A stretch of 32,000 nucleotides of DNA, from assembly GCA_021735045.1 (NCBI GenBank), contig JAIPHU010000013.1, positions 1 through 32,000 on the forward strand, written 5' to 3'. Positions 15,845-24,533 of the stretch are shown piece by piece. Under the pieces are notes generated by a model that ran no database searches, had not been told where the DNA came from, and worked only from the letters and a program-made list of their open reading frames with translations. The DNA is from Candidatus Omnitrophota bacterium. Lineage in GTDB: Bacteria > Omnitrophota > Gorgyraeia > Duberdicusellales > 4484-171. Each line of letters starts with the position of its first letter. Position 1 is the stretch's first letter. The position numbers and the translations under genes are program-made.

Positions 15845-16486
15845 ATGGAAGAACTTATTTTAGGCAACAAACAATTACTTTGGCTTATGTCGCCGATAAT
15901 TCTCTGTTCTATATTTTCATTAGCAATAATACTGGAAAGAATCTTTTTTTATCTATCAATTCGGACCAATAAAAGTTCAATAATCTCGCAAATAATCGAA
16001 TTAACCAAAAAAAGCAAAATAACTGAGGCAATTGAGCTCTGTCAGGAAAAACCATTTTATGGCACTAATATTTTAAAAGCAGGCTTGGCTCAAAATCAAA
16101 AACCTAAAAAAGCTATAGAGGAAGCTATGGAAAATGCTTCTTTGTATGAAATACCTAAATTAGAAAAAAATCTAAATTTCTTAGGCACTATAGCTCACAT
16201 CACCCCTTTGCTTGGTTTACTGGGTACCGTTATCGGTATGATAAGTTGCTTCTATACCATAGAACAAGTTACCCAAACTGCTGGCATGGTTAATCCAACC
16301 GATTTAGCGGGAGGGATCTGGACAGCTTTAATCACAACTGCTGCCGGCCTTTCTGTAGCGATCCCAACCTATATCATGTATAACTACTTTATCCACAAAG
16401 TAAGGCTGCTAACATTAGTAGCAGAAAGAGCTTCTACGGAACTACTAGAAATATTAAGTGGAGGAGGCTACTCTGATGAAGTTTAA
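15845..16486 (+). CDS. MotA/TolQ/ExbB-family proton channel
   Basis: 213 aa with three TM segments and the conserved C-terminal GLLGTVIGM...AL.TTAAGL block. AAGGAGG lies upstream. Confidence 0.85.
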   Translation: MEELILGNKQLLWLMSPIILCSIFSLAIILERIFFYLSIRTNKSSIISQIIELTKKSKITEAIELCQEKPFYGTNILKAGLAQNQKPKKAIEEAMENASLYEIPKLEKNLNFLGTIAHITPLLGLLGTVIGMISCFYTIEQVTQTAGMVNPTDLAGGIWTALITTAAGLSVAIPTYIMYNYFIHKVRLLTLVAERASTELLEILSGGGYSDEV

Positions 16487-16877
16487 AAGAGAGAGCAAAA
16501 TAAATGCCGGCCTAAAGCAGATGGACATTGTGCCTCTAGTAGACTGTGTATTTCTTCTTCTTATATTTTTTATGCTTTCGGCAAGTTTTGTTGCTGTACC
16601 GGGAATAAATATAAAACTGCCTAAAGCAATAAGTTCACAAAAAATTAACACAAAGCCTTTAACATTGATAATATCTTCAGAAGATATTATTTATCTAGAA
16701 GGAGAGCCCTATCCAGCCAAAGAAATAGAAGACCACCTTCGTCAAGAAAAGATAGAATCTATTTTTATTAAAGCAGATAAAGGGGCTAGTCTGGGAACAG
16801 TTGTCACTATTTGGGATATTTGTAAAGATTTAGGAATCAACAAAATCGGGATTGCAACAACTCCCCAAAATCAATAG
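16476..16877 (+). CDS. ExbD/TolR-family protein
   Basis: MKFKRESKINAGLKQMDIVPLVDCVFLLLIFFM is the typical ExbD/TolR N terminus. I prefer the ATG at 16476, preceded by GGAGGAGG, over the GTG at 16458. It overlaps the upstream stop by 11 nt. Confidence 0.8.
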   Translation: MKFKRESKINAGLKQMDIVPLVDCVFLLLIFFMLSASFVAVPGINIKLPKAISSQKINTKPLTLIISSEDIIYLEGEPYPAKEIEDHLRQEKIESIFIKADKGASLGTVVTIWDICKDLGINKIGIATTPQNQ

Positions 16878-16895
16878 TTTATTCTAAATAAGCTG

Positions 16896-17447
16896 ATGAA
16901 AATAAAAAAAATATTTATTATCTTTGTTTTATTTTCAACTTTTTTCCATATCTTATTTTTTTCTCAAATCAATCTTACGCTCCCAAACAAACAAAATCCA
17001 TACATCAATGCCTGGCCCAACCTTCTCAATAAAGAAGATTTGGTAGCAAAATCACAGATAGCTAAATTACCTAAAGAAGTAAATTTTTCGACCGCAAAAA
17101 TAAGAAAAGCATACTTTTCAAAACCTTTACCTGAATCTAGCTATGAATATATTTTTAACCAAGATTTAAACAACTATTTAAAACCTAAAAATATACTCAA
17201 AAAATACACAAAAAGCAACAACCACATCTTCTTTTTGTGGGAAAAAGAACCTCAACCGACTGCGAAAAAAAAATCGATATCTTATCGAGCTTTAGTTTCT
17301 CCTTATGGCAAGATTATATTACTTTATCCCAAAAAACTCGTTTTAGATTCTCATAAAAATATATCTAGTTATAACTATCTTAAAGAATCTGCTTATTTTT
17401 TAGAAAAAAAATTTTTCTGGACAAAATTTGACGTTTTAGTAAAATGA
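16896..17447 (+). CDS. N-terminally membrane-anchored hypothetical protein (position of TonB/TolA partner)
   Basis: 183 aa with a single N-terminal TM. I recognise no TonB C-terminal motif, so the call rests on position only. Confidence 0.5.
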   Translation: MKIKKIFIIFVLFSTFFHILFFSQINLTLPNKQNPYINAWPNLLNKEDLVAKSQIAKLPKEVNFSTAKIRKAYFSKPLPESSYEYIFNQDLNNYLKPKNILKKYTKSNNHIFFLWEKEPQPTAKKKSISYRALVSPYGKIILLYPKKLVLDSHKNISSYNYLKESAYFLEKKFFWTKFDVLVK

Positions 17448-17668
17448 TAGATGTAGACCTTTCAGTAGTTATAGGATTTCTGCTTGATAGTTCAATATTG
17501 ATTTGTTTTATTTTATATTGGCTAAATAACATCTGGTTTATCAAAAAAGAAAAAAATATAAACTTACAAAAGAAAAAATGTGAAATATGTGAAATTTTTT
17601 CTTTTGTAAATAGTCGAGATGGATATTGGAGATGTCCTAACTGTGAAAGTTTAAATAGAGGTGAGTAG
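17444..17668 (+). CDS. Small membrane protein with C-terminal zinc-ribbon
   Basis: 74 aa with an N-terminal TM followed by CEIC-x16-CPNC. The start overlaps the upstream stop as ATGA. Confidence 0.5.
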   Translation: MIDVDLSVVIGFLLDSSILICFILYWLNNIWFIKKEKNINLQKKKCEICEIFSFVNSRDGYWRCPNCESLNRGE

Positions 17669-17884
17669 ATGGTCACTCAAATAGGGATTGTAGCTGGTGA
17701 AATTTGGAACTTCTTAGACGAACATGGAGAAACTACTTTAGCTCAAATCACAAATGGTATAGATAAACCTGAAAAACTAATACTTATGAGTCTAGGTTGG
17801 TTGGCTAGAGAAAAACACATAGTGGTTGCAGAAAAAAATAACACCTACCACATAAATTTGAATCAAAAAAAACAAAAAGCATAA
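17669..17884 (+). CDS. Winged-helix protein (DUF2582-like)
   Basis: 71 aa. AGEIWNFLDEHGETTLAQI.....LILMSLGWLAREKHI resembles the small winged-helix DUF2582 family. The ATG follows the upstream TAG directly. Confidence 0.55.
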   Translation: MVTQIGIVAGEIWNFLDEHGETTLAQITNGIDKPEKLILMSLGWLAREKHIVVAEKNNTYHINLNQKKQKA

Positions 17885-17935
17885 TATAAAACCACTAAAA
17901 TAAGTTTAGATTCAAAAAACTAAATTTTATCAATA

Positions 17936-18241
17936 ATGAAAAAAGGATTTGTTTTAATTGTTATTTTTGGGGTTTTAATTGTGATCTCTTTACTTGCCGT
18001 AGCTGCAATAAATCTTATGCGCCAACAATCTAGGGTAACTGAACACAGAATAAAAAGAAAAAAAGGGATACTTGCAGCTCAAGCAGGAATGATTCACGCC
18101 ATAGAAGAACTAAGAAAAAACAACGATCCTAGCGGAAATAACGCTCTTACTATTAATGGACTAAACGTAGATATTGATTATACCGATGATAATTCTGGGC
18201 CCAAAGGAACTGATCCAGTAACAATAACTATTAGTTATTAA
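17936..18241 (+). CDS. PilX-N-like pseudopilin-type small protein
   Basis: 101 aa. An N-terminal hydrophobic helix (GFVLIVIFGVLIVISLLAVAAINLMRQQSRV) followed by AAQAGMIHAIEEL resembles the PilX N-terminal / minor pilin architecture. Confidence 0.4.
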   Translation: MKKGFVLIVIFGVLIVISLLAVAAINLMRQQSRVTEHRIKRKKGILAAQAGMIHAIEELRKNNDPSGNNALTINGLNVDIDYTDDNSGPKGTDPVTITISY

Positions 18242-18365
18242 AGAACAAACGTCTTTTTTTTTCTTGCCTATTTATCTCTGCCTTAAATTTTTCTTTATTT
18301 GTAAAAAAATATCTCTATAATAATAAAAAACAGCTAAACTTAACATAATAACATAGTGACATGCA

Positions 18366-19109
18366 ATGAAAAGAGTACGATTTTATATAAAACCAGAGTT
18401 GATAAAGAAAAAAATTAAAATTGTTAATAACAATACACTACACAAAATCAAAAATGTCCTTCGTTTATCAAAAAATCAAAATATTTACATTTTTGACGGA
18501 AAGGGCAAGGAGTGGAAATATAAAGTTAAAGAAATTAAAAAAAATGAGATATCAATCAATGAAATAAAAAAAACTAAAGACAAAAAAGAAAAAAAACCGT
18601 TGTTAACACTAGGATTTCCTTTAACTCAAGAAAAAAAAATAGACTTTATTTTACAAAAATCTACTGAATTAGGAGTTTCGGAATTTACTCCTTTTATTTC
18701 ATCAAGAAGTAGGGGCGCCTCGCGAGCCGCCCCTACTGATTCAAAAATAAAACGTTGGCAAAAAATAATCATTGAGGCTTGCCGACAATCAGAACGATTA
18801 TGGATTCCTAGGATAAACCAGCCGCTTGCACTTGACCAACTAATTAAAAAAAATGCTGATTTAAAGATAGTAGGGGCGCCTCGCGAGGCGCCCCTACACG
18901 AGCCACCCCTACCGTTATTGATCAATACCTATAAAACAAAAAATATTCTTTGTATTGTAGGACCAGAAGGCGGGTTTTGCGAAAAAGAGATTAATAATCT
19001 CAGACAAAATAACTGCAAACCGATAAAATTGTCCCTAAATATATTAAGAACTGAAACTGCAGCAATATTTATATCCGGCCTGATTAGATACAAATATTTA
19101 ATAAACTAA
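18366..19109 (+). CDS. rsmE: 16S rRNA (uracil1498-N3)-methyltransferase, carrying two in-frame palindromic insertions
   Basis: 247 aa with the RsmE blocks KSTELGVSEFTPFIS, RWQKIIIEACRQSER, VGPEGGF and LRTETAA. Two GC-rich palindromes are translated as RGASRAAPT and VGAPREAPLHEPPLP. Confidence 0.8.
   Translation: MKRVRFYIKPELIKKKIKIVNNNTLHKIKNVLRLSKNQNIYIFDGKGKEWKYKVKEIKKNEISINEIKKTKDKKEKKPLLTLGFPLTQEKKIDFILQKSTELGVSEFTPFISSRSRGASRAAPTDSKIKRWQKIIIEACRQSERLWIPRINQPLALDQLIKKNADLKIVGAPREAPLHEPPLPLLINTYKTKNILCIVGPEGGFCEKEINNLRQNNCKPIKLSLNILRTETAAIFISGLIRYKYLIN
18709..18736. repeat. 28-bp GTAG...CTAC palindrome (REP-like), copy 1, inside rsmE
   Basis: GTAGGGGCGCCTCG/CGAGCCGCCCCTAC, with one mismatch to a perfect palindrome. 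It is about 80% GC in a ~30% GC gene. Confidence 0.7.
18870..18912. repeat. 28-bp GTAG...CTAC palindrome, copy 2, plus an extra right-arm copy, inside rsmE
   Basis: GTAGGGGCGCCTCG/CGAGGCGCCCCTAC is a perfect palindrome at 18870-18897. It is followed by A and then CGAGCCACCCCTAC (18899-12). Confidence 0.7.
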
Positions 19110-19111
19110 AA

Positions 19112-20359
19112 ATGCGTATAAAAATTAAAACTTTAGGTTGTAAAGTAAATCAATACGAAAGTCAGGCAATTGCAGAACAATTCGCTTCATTGGGGCATCA
19201 AATAACTGATAAAAAGGCTGATCTATATATAATTAACAGTTGCACCGTAACCAAAATAGCTGACAAGAAATCACGAAAAAATATTTTGCAAGCAAAAAAA
19301 GAAAATCCAAAAGCTAAAATTGCTGTTTGCGGCTGCCTAGCAGAACTAAACAAAAACTATATAAAAAAAACAGGGGCCGACTATATTATTACCCAAAGAG
19401 ATAAACAAAATTTAATAAATATAGTTTTAGGCAAAAAAGATTTTTTCCCTTTATCAAAAAGCCCTTGGAAGCTAAAAATTAAAAATTACCCTCATAAAAG
19501 AGCTTTTGTAAAAATACAAGATGGTTGTAATAATTTTTGCAGCTTTTGCAAAATACCTTATCTACGCCCTAGGCCCACTAGCCGTAAAAAAAAAGATATT
19601 ATTAATGAAATTAAACGGCTCTCTTTAAAACATCATGAGATTGTTTTATCAGGAATAAATCTCAACTTATATGGACAAGACCTAGGCCTCAAAGATACTC
19701 TATCGAACCTGACAGAAGAAGTTCTTAAACTTGCTTGCTTAGGACGATTACGTATCAGCTCGCTTCAACCATCACTTATTGATGATAAACTTATTAGCTT
19801 AATTTCTCATCCTAAATTATGCCCTCATTTGCATCTTTCTTTTCAATACGGCCAAAACTCTATTCTTAAGGCGATGAATAAAAAAGAAACTGTAGAGATC
19901 TATTTAGAAAAAGTAAAAGCAATAAAAAAAGTTTCTCCAAATGCAGCAATAAGTTGTGATATAATAGTTGGTTTTCCGGGCGAAACTGAAAAAACTTTTC
20001 AACAAACGATTAGCTTTTTAAAAAAGGTAAAACCAATGCGTATCCATATTTTTACTTTTTCGCCAAGAGAAAAAACCCCTTTGGCCAATAGTAGTTTAGT
20101 GGATAAAGACAAAGTAAAAAAAAGATATAAAATTCTCGATAAAATGGCCAAAGATTTTTCACTTAGTTATTCCAAATTTTTCCTTAATCACCAGCTTGAA
20201 ATGATTGCTGAAGAAGAAAAAAATGGTTACACTACAGGTTATAGCCAAAATTACATAAAAGTTAATCTAAAAGATAAGATAAAGCTTGGTTCAGCAGCAA
20301 AAGTAAAAATAACAAAAGTAGACAAAAATAACAAGGTTTTTGCTAAACTTATAACTTAA
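19112..20359 (+). CDS. mtaB: MiaB-like tRNA methylthiotransferase (MtaB type)
   Basis: 415 aa. It has an N-terminal UPF0004 block TLGCKVNQYESQAI, the radical-SAM motif CNNFCSFC, and a C-terminal TRAM-like segment. Confidence 0.75.
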   Translation: MRIKIKTLGCKVNQYESQAIAEQFASLGHQITDKKADLYIINSCTVTKIADKKSRKNILQAKKENPKAKIAVCGCLAELNKNYIKKTGADYIITQRDKQNLINIVLGKKDFFPLSKSPWKLKIKNYPHKRAFVKIQDGCNNFCSFCKIPYLRPRPTSRKKKDIINEIKRLSLKHHEIVLSGINLNLYGQDLGLKDTLSNLTEEVLKLACLGRLRISSLQPSLIDDKLISLISHPKLCPHLHLSFQYGQNSILKAMNKKETVEIYLEKVKAIKKVSPNAAISCDIIVGFPGETEKTFQQTISFLKKVKPMRIHIFTFSPREKTPLANSSLVDKDKVKKRYKILDKMAKDFSLSYSKFFLNHQLEMIAEEEKNGYTTGYSQNYIKVNLKDKIKLGSAAKVKITKVDKNNKVFAKLIT

Positions 20360-20385
20360 AACTTGTGACTTGTATCTTGTAACTT
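20347..20385 (+). repeat. Six heptad-phased ACTT units spanning the mtaB stop and the next start
   Basis: ACTT occurs at 20347, 20354, 20361, 20368 and 20382, with TCTT at 20375, in exact 7-nt phasing. The array ends 4 nt before the ATG at 20390, which lacks an SD. Confidence 0.3.
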
Positions 20386-20389
20386 TATT

Positions 20390-21133
20390 ATGCGCCTTAA
20401 TCAATATCTGGCTAAAAGTGGAATTGCTTCTCGGCGAAAAGCCGAAGAGATAATAAAAAAAGAAAAAGTGACTATCAATGATAGATATGTTGATAAGCCT
20501 TACTATCAGGTAAATAACACAGATATTGTAAAAATTAATAATAAAAAAATAAAACCAGCAGAAAATATATACATATTGGTCAATAAACCAAAAGGAGTTA
20601 CTACCACCTGTTTTGATAAATTTGCAAAAACTACCATCTTAGACTTAATCCCTAAACAAATTATTAACTTTATTAAAGGTCCCGGCAAAAAAAGAATATA
20701 CCCTATCGGAAGATTGGATAAAAACTCAACTGGATTGATAGTATTAACCAACAATGGAGATTTTTGCTACAAGGCAACTCATCCTAAATTTGAAATAGAA
20801 AAAGAATACATTATCCAGTTATCAAGGCAACTAAAAAAAGTTGACTATCAAAAAGCAAAAATCGGCGTCCTGGATCAAGGAGAACTGCTTAAAGTTAAAA
20901 AAATAAAAAAAGTAAAAAATAGTGGCTGGCCAAAACTTCCTCCTGGGCTTAAAGTAACTATAACTGAAGGTAAAAAAAGACATCTCAGGCGCTTATTTAA
21001 AAAACTAGGTTGTCCAATAATTTCTCTTAAAAGGATAAGCATCGGTAATCTTAGGCTCAATGAGTTAAAAGAAGGGGAGTGTAGGGTAATCTCTTCTTCT
21101 GAAATACAAAAAATATTTAAAAAAAATGGCTAA
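20390..21133 (+). CDS. RsuA/RluB-family pseudouridine synthase
   Basis: 247 aa. It has an N-terminal S4 domain (RLNQYLAKSGIASRRKAEEII) and the catalytic motif GRLDKNSTGLIVLTN. Confidence 0.85.
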   Translation: MRLNQYLAKSGIASRRKAEEIIKKEKVTINDRYVDKPYYQVNNTDIVKINNKKIKPAENIYILVNKPKGVTTTCFDKFAKTTILDLIPKQIINFIKGPGKKRIYPIGRLDKNSTGLIVLTNNGDFCYKATHPKFEIEKEYIIQLSRQLKKVDYQKAKIGVLDQGELLKVKKIKKVKNSGWPKLPPGLKVTITEGKKRHLRRLFKKLGCPIISLKRISIGNLRLNELKEGECRVISSSEIQKIFKKNG

Positions 21134-21677
21134 AGTAGTTTTCCTAGACAGAGATGGAGTATTAAATCAATATCCGGGTGATGGCAACTATGTAACTTGC
21201 CTCAAAGAGTTTAAGTTACTCCCTGGAACTATAGAATCTATAAAAAAGCTTAAAAAAGCCGGCTTTAAAATTTTTATTACCTCAAACCAATCTGGAGTGG
21301 CAAAAGGAAAATATTCTAAAAAAACATTGAGACAGATAGACAGAAAACTAAAATTTAAGCTCTGGCTTCATAGAACTTCAATTGACGGCATATATTATTG
21401 TATCCATAGCGACCAAGATAACTGTTTATGCCGAAAACCTAAAACTGGTTTATTAAATAAAGCGATAACAAGCTTAAAAGAAAAAGTGGAACTATCTTTT
21501 TTTATCGGAGATTCTTTTACTGACATAAACACTGCTAAAAATTTTGGCGCGCAATCTATACTTTTATTGTCAGGCAAAGAAAACCTCAAAAACAGAAAAA
21601 ATTGGGATTTTGAGCCAGATTATATATTTGATAATTTACTCTTAGCATCTAACTTTTTACTTAACAATTATGCCTAA
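21126..21677 (+). CDS. gmhB: D,D-heptose 1,7-bisphosphate phosphatase (HAD-IIIA)
   Basis: 183 aa with VFLDRDGVLN, ITSNQSG, the CxC RKPKTGLL zinc/loop motif and GDSFTD. Confidence 0.75.
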   Translation: MAKVVFLDRDGVLNQYPGDGNYVTCLKEFKLLPGTIESIKKLKKAGFKIFITSNQSGVAKGKYSKKTLRQIDRKLKFKLWLHRTSIDGIYYCIHSDQDNCLCRKPKTGLLNKAITSLKEKVELSFFIGDSFTDINTAKNFGAQSILLLSGKENLKNRKNWDFEPDYIFDNLLLASNFLLNNYA

Positions 21678-22734
21678 AATAATAATTGTTCATGCAAGCT
21701 TTGGGCAGGGCCATAAACAAGCGGCCTTAGCTATTAGTTCTCATCTTAAAGCCCCTTGCTACGATTTACTTGATTTTACTTTTGGCTTTGTCAAAAAAAT
21801 ACAATCAGCTTCTTATCTCTGGATTACAAACAATTTTCCTTTCCTTTGGAAGCTACTCTTTAACATATCTCAACATAAAACAGTTATTAGTATTTTAAAC
21901 ATTTTTAATCTTGTTACTTATTTTTCTTTTATCGGCTATGTTAAAAAAACAAAACCCGATATCATAATCACAACACATTTTTTTCCACCTCACCTTGTAA
22001 ATATTATTAAAAAAAGATTAAAAATAATGCAAATTTCTGTAGTAACTGACATAAAACCTCACCGCCTTTGGGCTAATAAAGGAGTAGATAAATTTCTTGT
22101 TGCCACAAACCAAACTAAAAAATGGCTAACTGAACTAGGAATCAGTAAACAAAAAATCATCCCTGGGTATGTATCAATTAGAAAAGGGTTTTTGAAAAAA
22201 GAATCTCGGGAAAATCTATATAAAAAATTTAACTTAGAAACAACTAAACAAACTATTCTTTTTGTATCTTCAGCTAGTGGCAACTTTGGATTTTTAGAAA
22301 AAGCCCTAAAATCTCTTAACCAAAAATTCAATTTATTGATAATTTATGGAAAAAACAGCAAATTAAAAAAATATTTAGAAAAAGCTGAACTTAAAAATGT
22401 AAAATTCTTCCCTTTTTATCAAAAAATATGGGAACTAATTAGCTTATCTGCTCTGATCGTGACAAAACCCGGCGGTCTTACTGTATTTGAAGGCGGCTAT
22501 AAAAAAAAACCTTTTGTTTTTACTCATTTTATTCCCGGCCAAGAAGAAGACAATATGATCTTTTTGAAAAAAAGAAAAATAGCTGAAATCGCTTTTAACC
22601 AGCAAACTTTAGTTGAATCTATTAATAAACTAACAAAAAAAGCAGAAAACCTAAAAAACAATTACCCACTAGATTTTCAAGATATTCGTAAGCCTTTAGA
22701 TAAAATCATTAACAACTATGACAAAAATAGCTAA
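21670..22734 (+). CDS. GT28-family glycolipid synthase (MGDG synthase / UgtP-like)
   Basis: 354 aa with an N-terminal IIIVHASFGQGHKQAALAI and a C-terminal KPGGLTVFEG, as in diacylglycerol glycosyltransferases. Confidence 0.65.
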   Translation: MPKIIIVHASFGQGHKQAALAISSHLKAPCYDLLDFTFGFVKKIQSASYLWITNNFPFLWKLLFNISQHKTVISILNIFNLVTYFSFIGYVKKTKPDIIITTHFFPPHLVNIIKKRLKIMQISVVTDIKPHRLWANKGVDKFLVATNQTKKWLTELGISKQKIIPGYVSIRKGFLKKESRENLYKKFNLETTKQTILFVSSASGNFGFLEKALKSLNQKFNLLIIYGKNSKLKKYLEKAELKNVKFFPFYQKIWELISLSALIVTKPGGLTVFEGGYKKKPFVFTHFIPGQEEDNMIFLKKRKIAEIAFNQQTLVESINKLTKKAENLKNNYPLDFQDIRKPLDKIINNYDKNS

Positions 22735-24520
22735 AATTACACTTCCTTTAACTATCGATAAAAAATTTGACTACAAGATACCTCCTGGGGAAAAACTAAA
22801 GCCTGGGATGAGAGTACTAGTTGACTTTAACCGCAGAGAAAAAATGGGAATAGTTAGCTCTTTATCTAGTAAAACAAAAATTAATAGTTTAAAGTCAATA
22901 GATAAAATTATTGACTCAAAACCTGTCCTCACAACTAAACATTTCAAGTTTGCCGATGAGCTTAGCAACTATTACCCTTATCCTAGCTCAAAGTTTTTAT
23001 TTATGATGCTTCCGCCTCAGTTACGAAAAAAAGGTAAGCAAAAAATAAATTTAACTTTAAATGATAATAAAAATAGCTTAACAAAAGAAAAAACAGAGTT
23101 CATTAAATCCGATTTTTTCTATGACCGTTATTCGGTTTGGAAAAAAGAAGTCAAAAAAGCATTGAAAAAGGGCTCAGTCATTATCTGCCTGCCTCAACTT
23201 ACTTTTTTAAAAAAAATAAACAAAATGCTTAAAGAAGATTTTCCGCATCAAGTTTTTAATTTTTTTAGCAAACAACCAAATAAAGATCTACTTAACAATT
23301 GGATAAACTCAAGACAAAAATCTCTAATTATAGGAACAAGATCGGCCCTTTTTTACTTTCCCGAAGATACAAGGTTAATTATAATAGAGGAAGAAACCAG
23401 TCCTTATTATTTCCAAGAAGTACAACCATTTTATCATCTTCGCAAAGCCTCTCTTATTTTAACCAAACAGCTAAAAAACAAATTAATATTCTCTGGAGCT
23501 TATCCTTCTTTGTATACATATGACAGAATTAACAAAGGGCAAACAAAATTAATCAAACCAGAAAGAACAAAAAAAGGCCCAGAAATAGAAGTAGTTAACC
23601 GCAATCACTTCACAAAATATAAATATATTAATCCTATTTTTCTAGAATTAATTCGCAAAACTATTTCAGAGAATAAAAAAGGAGTGATTATTTGGAATAA
23701 AAAACATTTCTGGAGAGTGGTATCTTGCAATAATTGCGGTCATGCTTTAGTTTGCAAGCATTGTTCAAGTTTTCTGCAACAAGAAGAAAAAAATAAAGAT
23801 GAACTCTTATGCCCCTACTGTCAAAAAAAATTTCCTTATCCAAAAATTTGTCCGGAATGTAAAAAAGGGTATCTTAAAGGCAAAGGGATGGGAGTTGGAA
23901 AATTAGAAGAAATATTAACAAAATTTTTTCCAGAAATAAAATTAAAAAATATTGATAATTATACTGATAAAACACAACTGATTATCTCTACTTCTAAAAT
24001 TTTAAATCTTCTTTACCAGCAACAGTCTTTTGATAGGGGATTTATTTTAGACGCCGACTCTTATCTTAGCCAGTTTGATTTCGATATTACCTTTAAAACT
24101 TTTATTTATCTTCAAAAATTAGCATTGTTATTTAAAGAAAAACTATTTGTTTTTTCAAGCCGGCCTAACTATTATTTATTTGAGCACCTTAATCAGAATT
24201 GGACTAAATTTTACAATAAAGAGCTTCAGCTAAGAAAACAAATGGAACTACCCCCTTTTGTAAAAATAATAAAAATAATACTAAGACATAACAATCAAGA
24301 GAAGGCTTTAAAAAATGGAGAAAAGCTATACAATATATTAAAGAAGAAGAACTATGATAGTTTTGGTCCTTTTAAAGAATCTCCTCATAAACTTAGAGAA
24401 AAATATCGTTATAGTATAATAACAAAGATTAAAGATAAAATTAATTCTGATAAACCAATTTATTTTGAACTTAACAAAATAAAAAGAAAAGGAATCCAAT
24501 CAGCAGTAATAGTAAGTTAA
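22718..24520 (+). CDS. priA: Primosomal protein N' homologue with degenerate helicase motifs
   Basis: 600 aa. It has a PriA N-terminal 3'-DNA-binding-like region, IIGTRSALF, and a Cys-rich zinc region (CNNCGH..CKHC..CPYC..CPEC). There is no GxGKT anywhere, and DEEH is replaced by EEET. Confidence 0.75.
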   Translation: MTKIAKITLPLTIDKKFDYKIPPGEKLKPGMRVLVDFNRREKMGIVSSLSSKTKINSLKSIDKIIDSKPVLTTKHFKFADELSNYYPYPSSKFLFMMLPPQLRKKGKQKINLTLNDNKNSLTKEKTEFIKSDFFYDRYSVWKKEVKKALKKGSVIICLPQLTFLKKINKMLKEDFPHQVFNFFSKQPNKDLLNNWINSRQKSLIIGTRSALFYFPEDTRLIIIEEETSPYYFQEVQPFYHLRKASLILTKQLKNKLIFSGAYPSLYTYDRINKGQTKLIKPERTKKGPEIEVVNRNHFTKYKYINPIFLELIRKTISENKKGVIIWNKKHFWRVVSCNNCGHALVCKHCSSFLQQEEKNKDELLCPYCQKKFPYPKICPECKKGYLKGKGMGVGKLEEILTKFFPEIKLKNIDNYTDKTQLIISTSKILNLLYQQQSFDRGFILDADSYLSQFDFDITFKTFIYLQKLALLFKEKLFVFSSRPNYYLFEHLNQNWTKFYNKELQLRKQMELPPFVKIIKIILRHNNQEKALKNGEKLYNILKKKNYDSFGPFKESPHKLREKYRYSIITKIKDKINSDKPIYFELNKIKRKGIQSAVIVS

Positions 24521-24533
24521 AAAAAATAAAAAT

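Noticed and set aside
18626-18925. 99-aa minus-strand ORF inside rsmE.
   Set aside because: It is kept open only by the stop-free GC-rich palindromes. It lies antisense to a well-supported RsmE reading frame and has no SD.
23811-23818. GCCCCTAC half-site of the palindrome family inside priA.
   Set aside because: No GTAGGGGC partner lies nearby. The octamer simply encodes the Cys-Pro-Tyr of a CPYC zinc motif and is probably coincidental.
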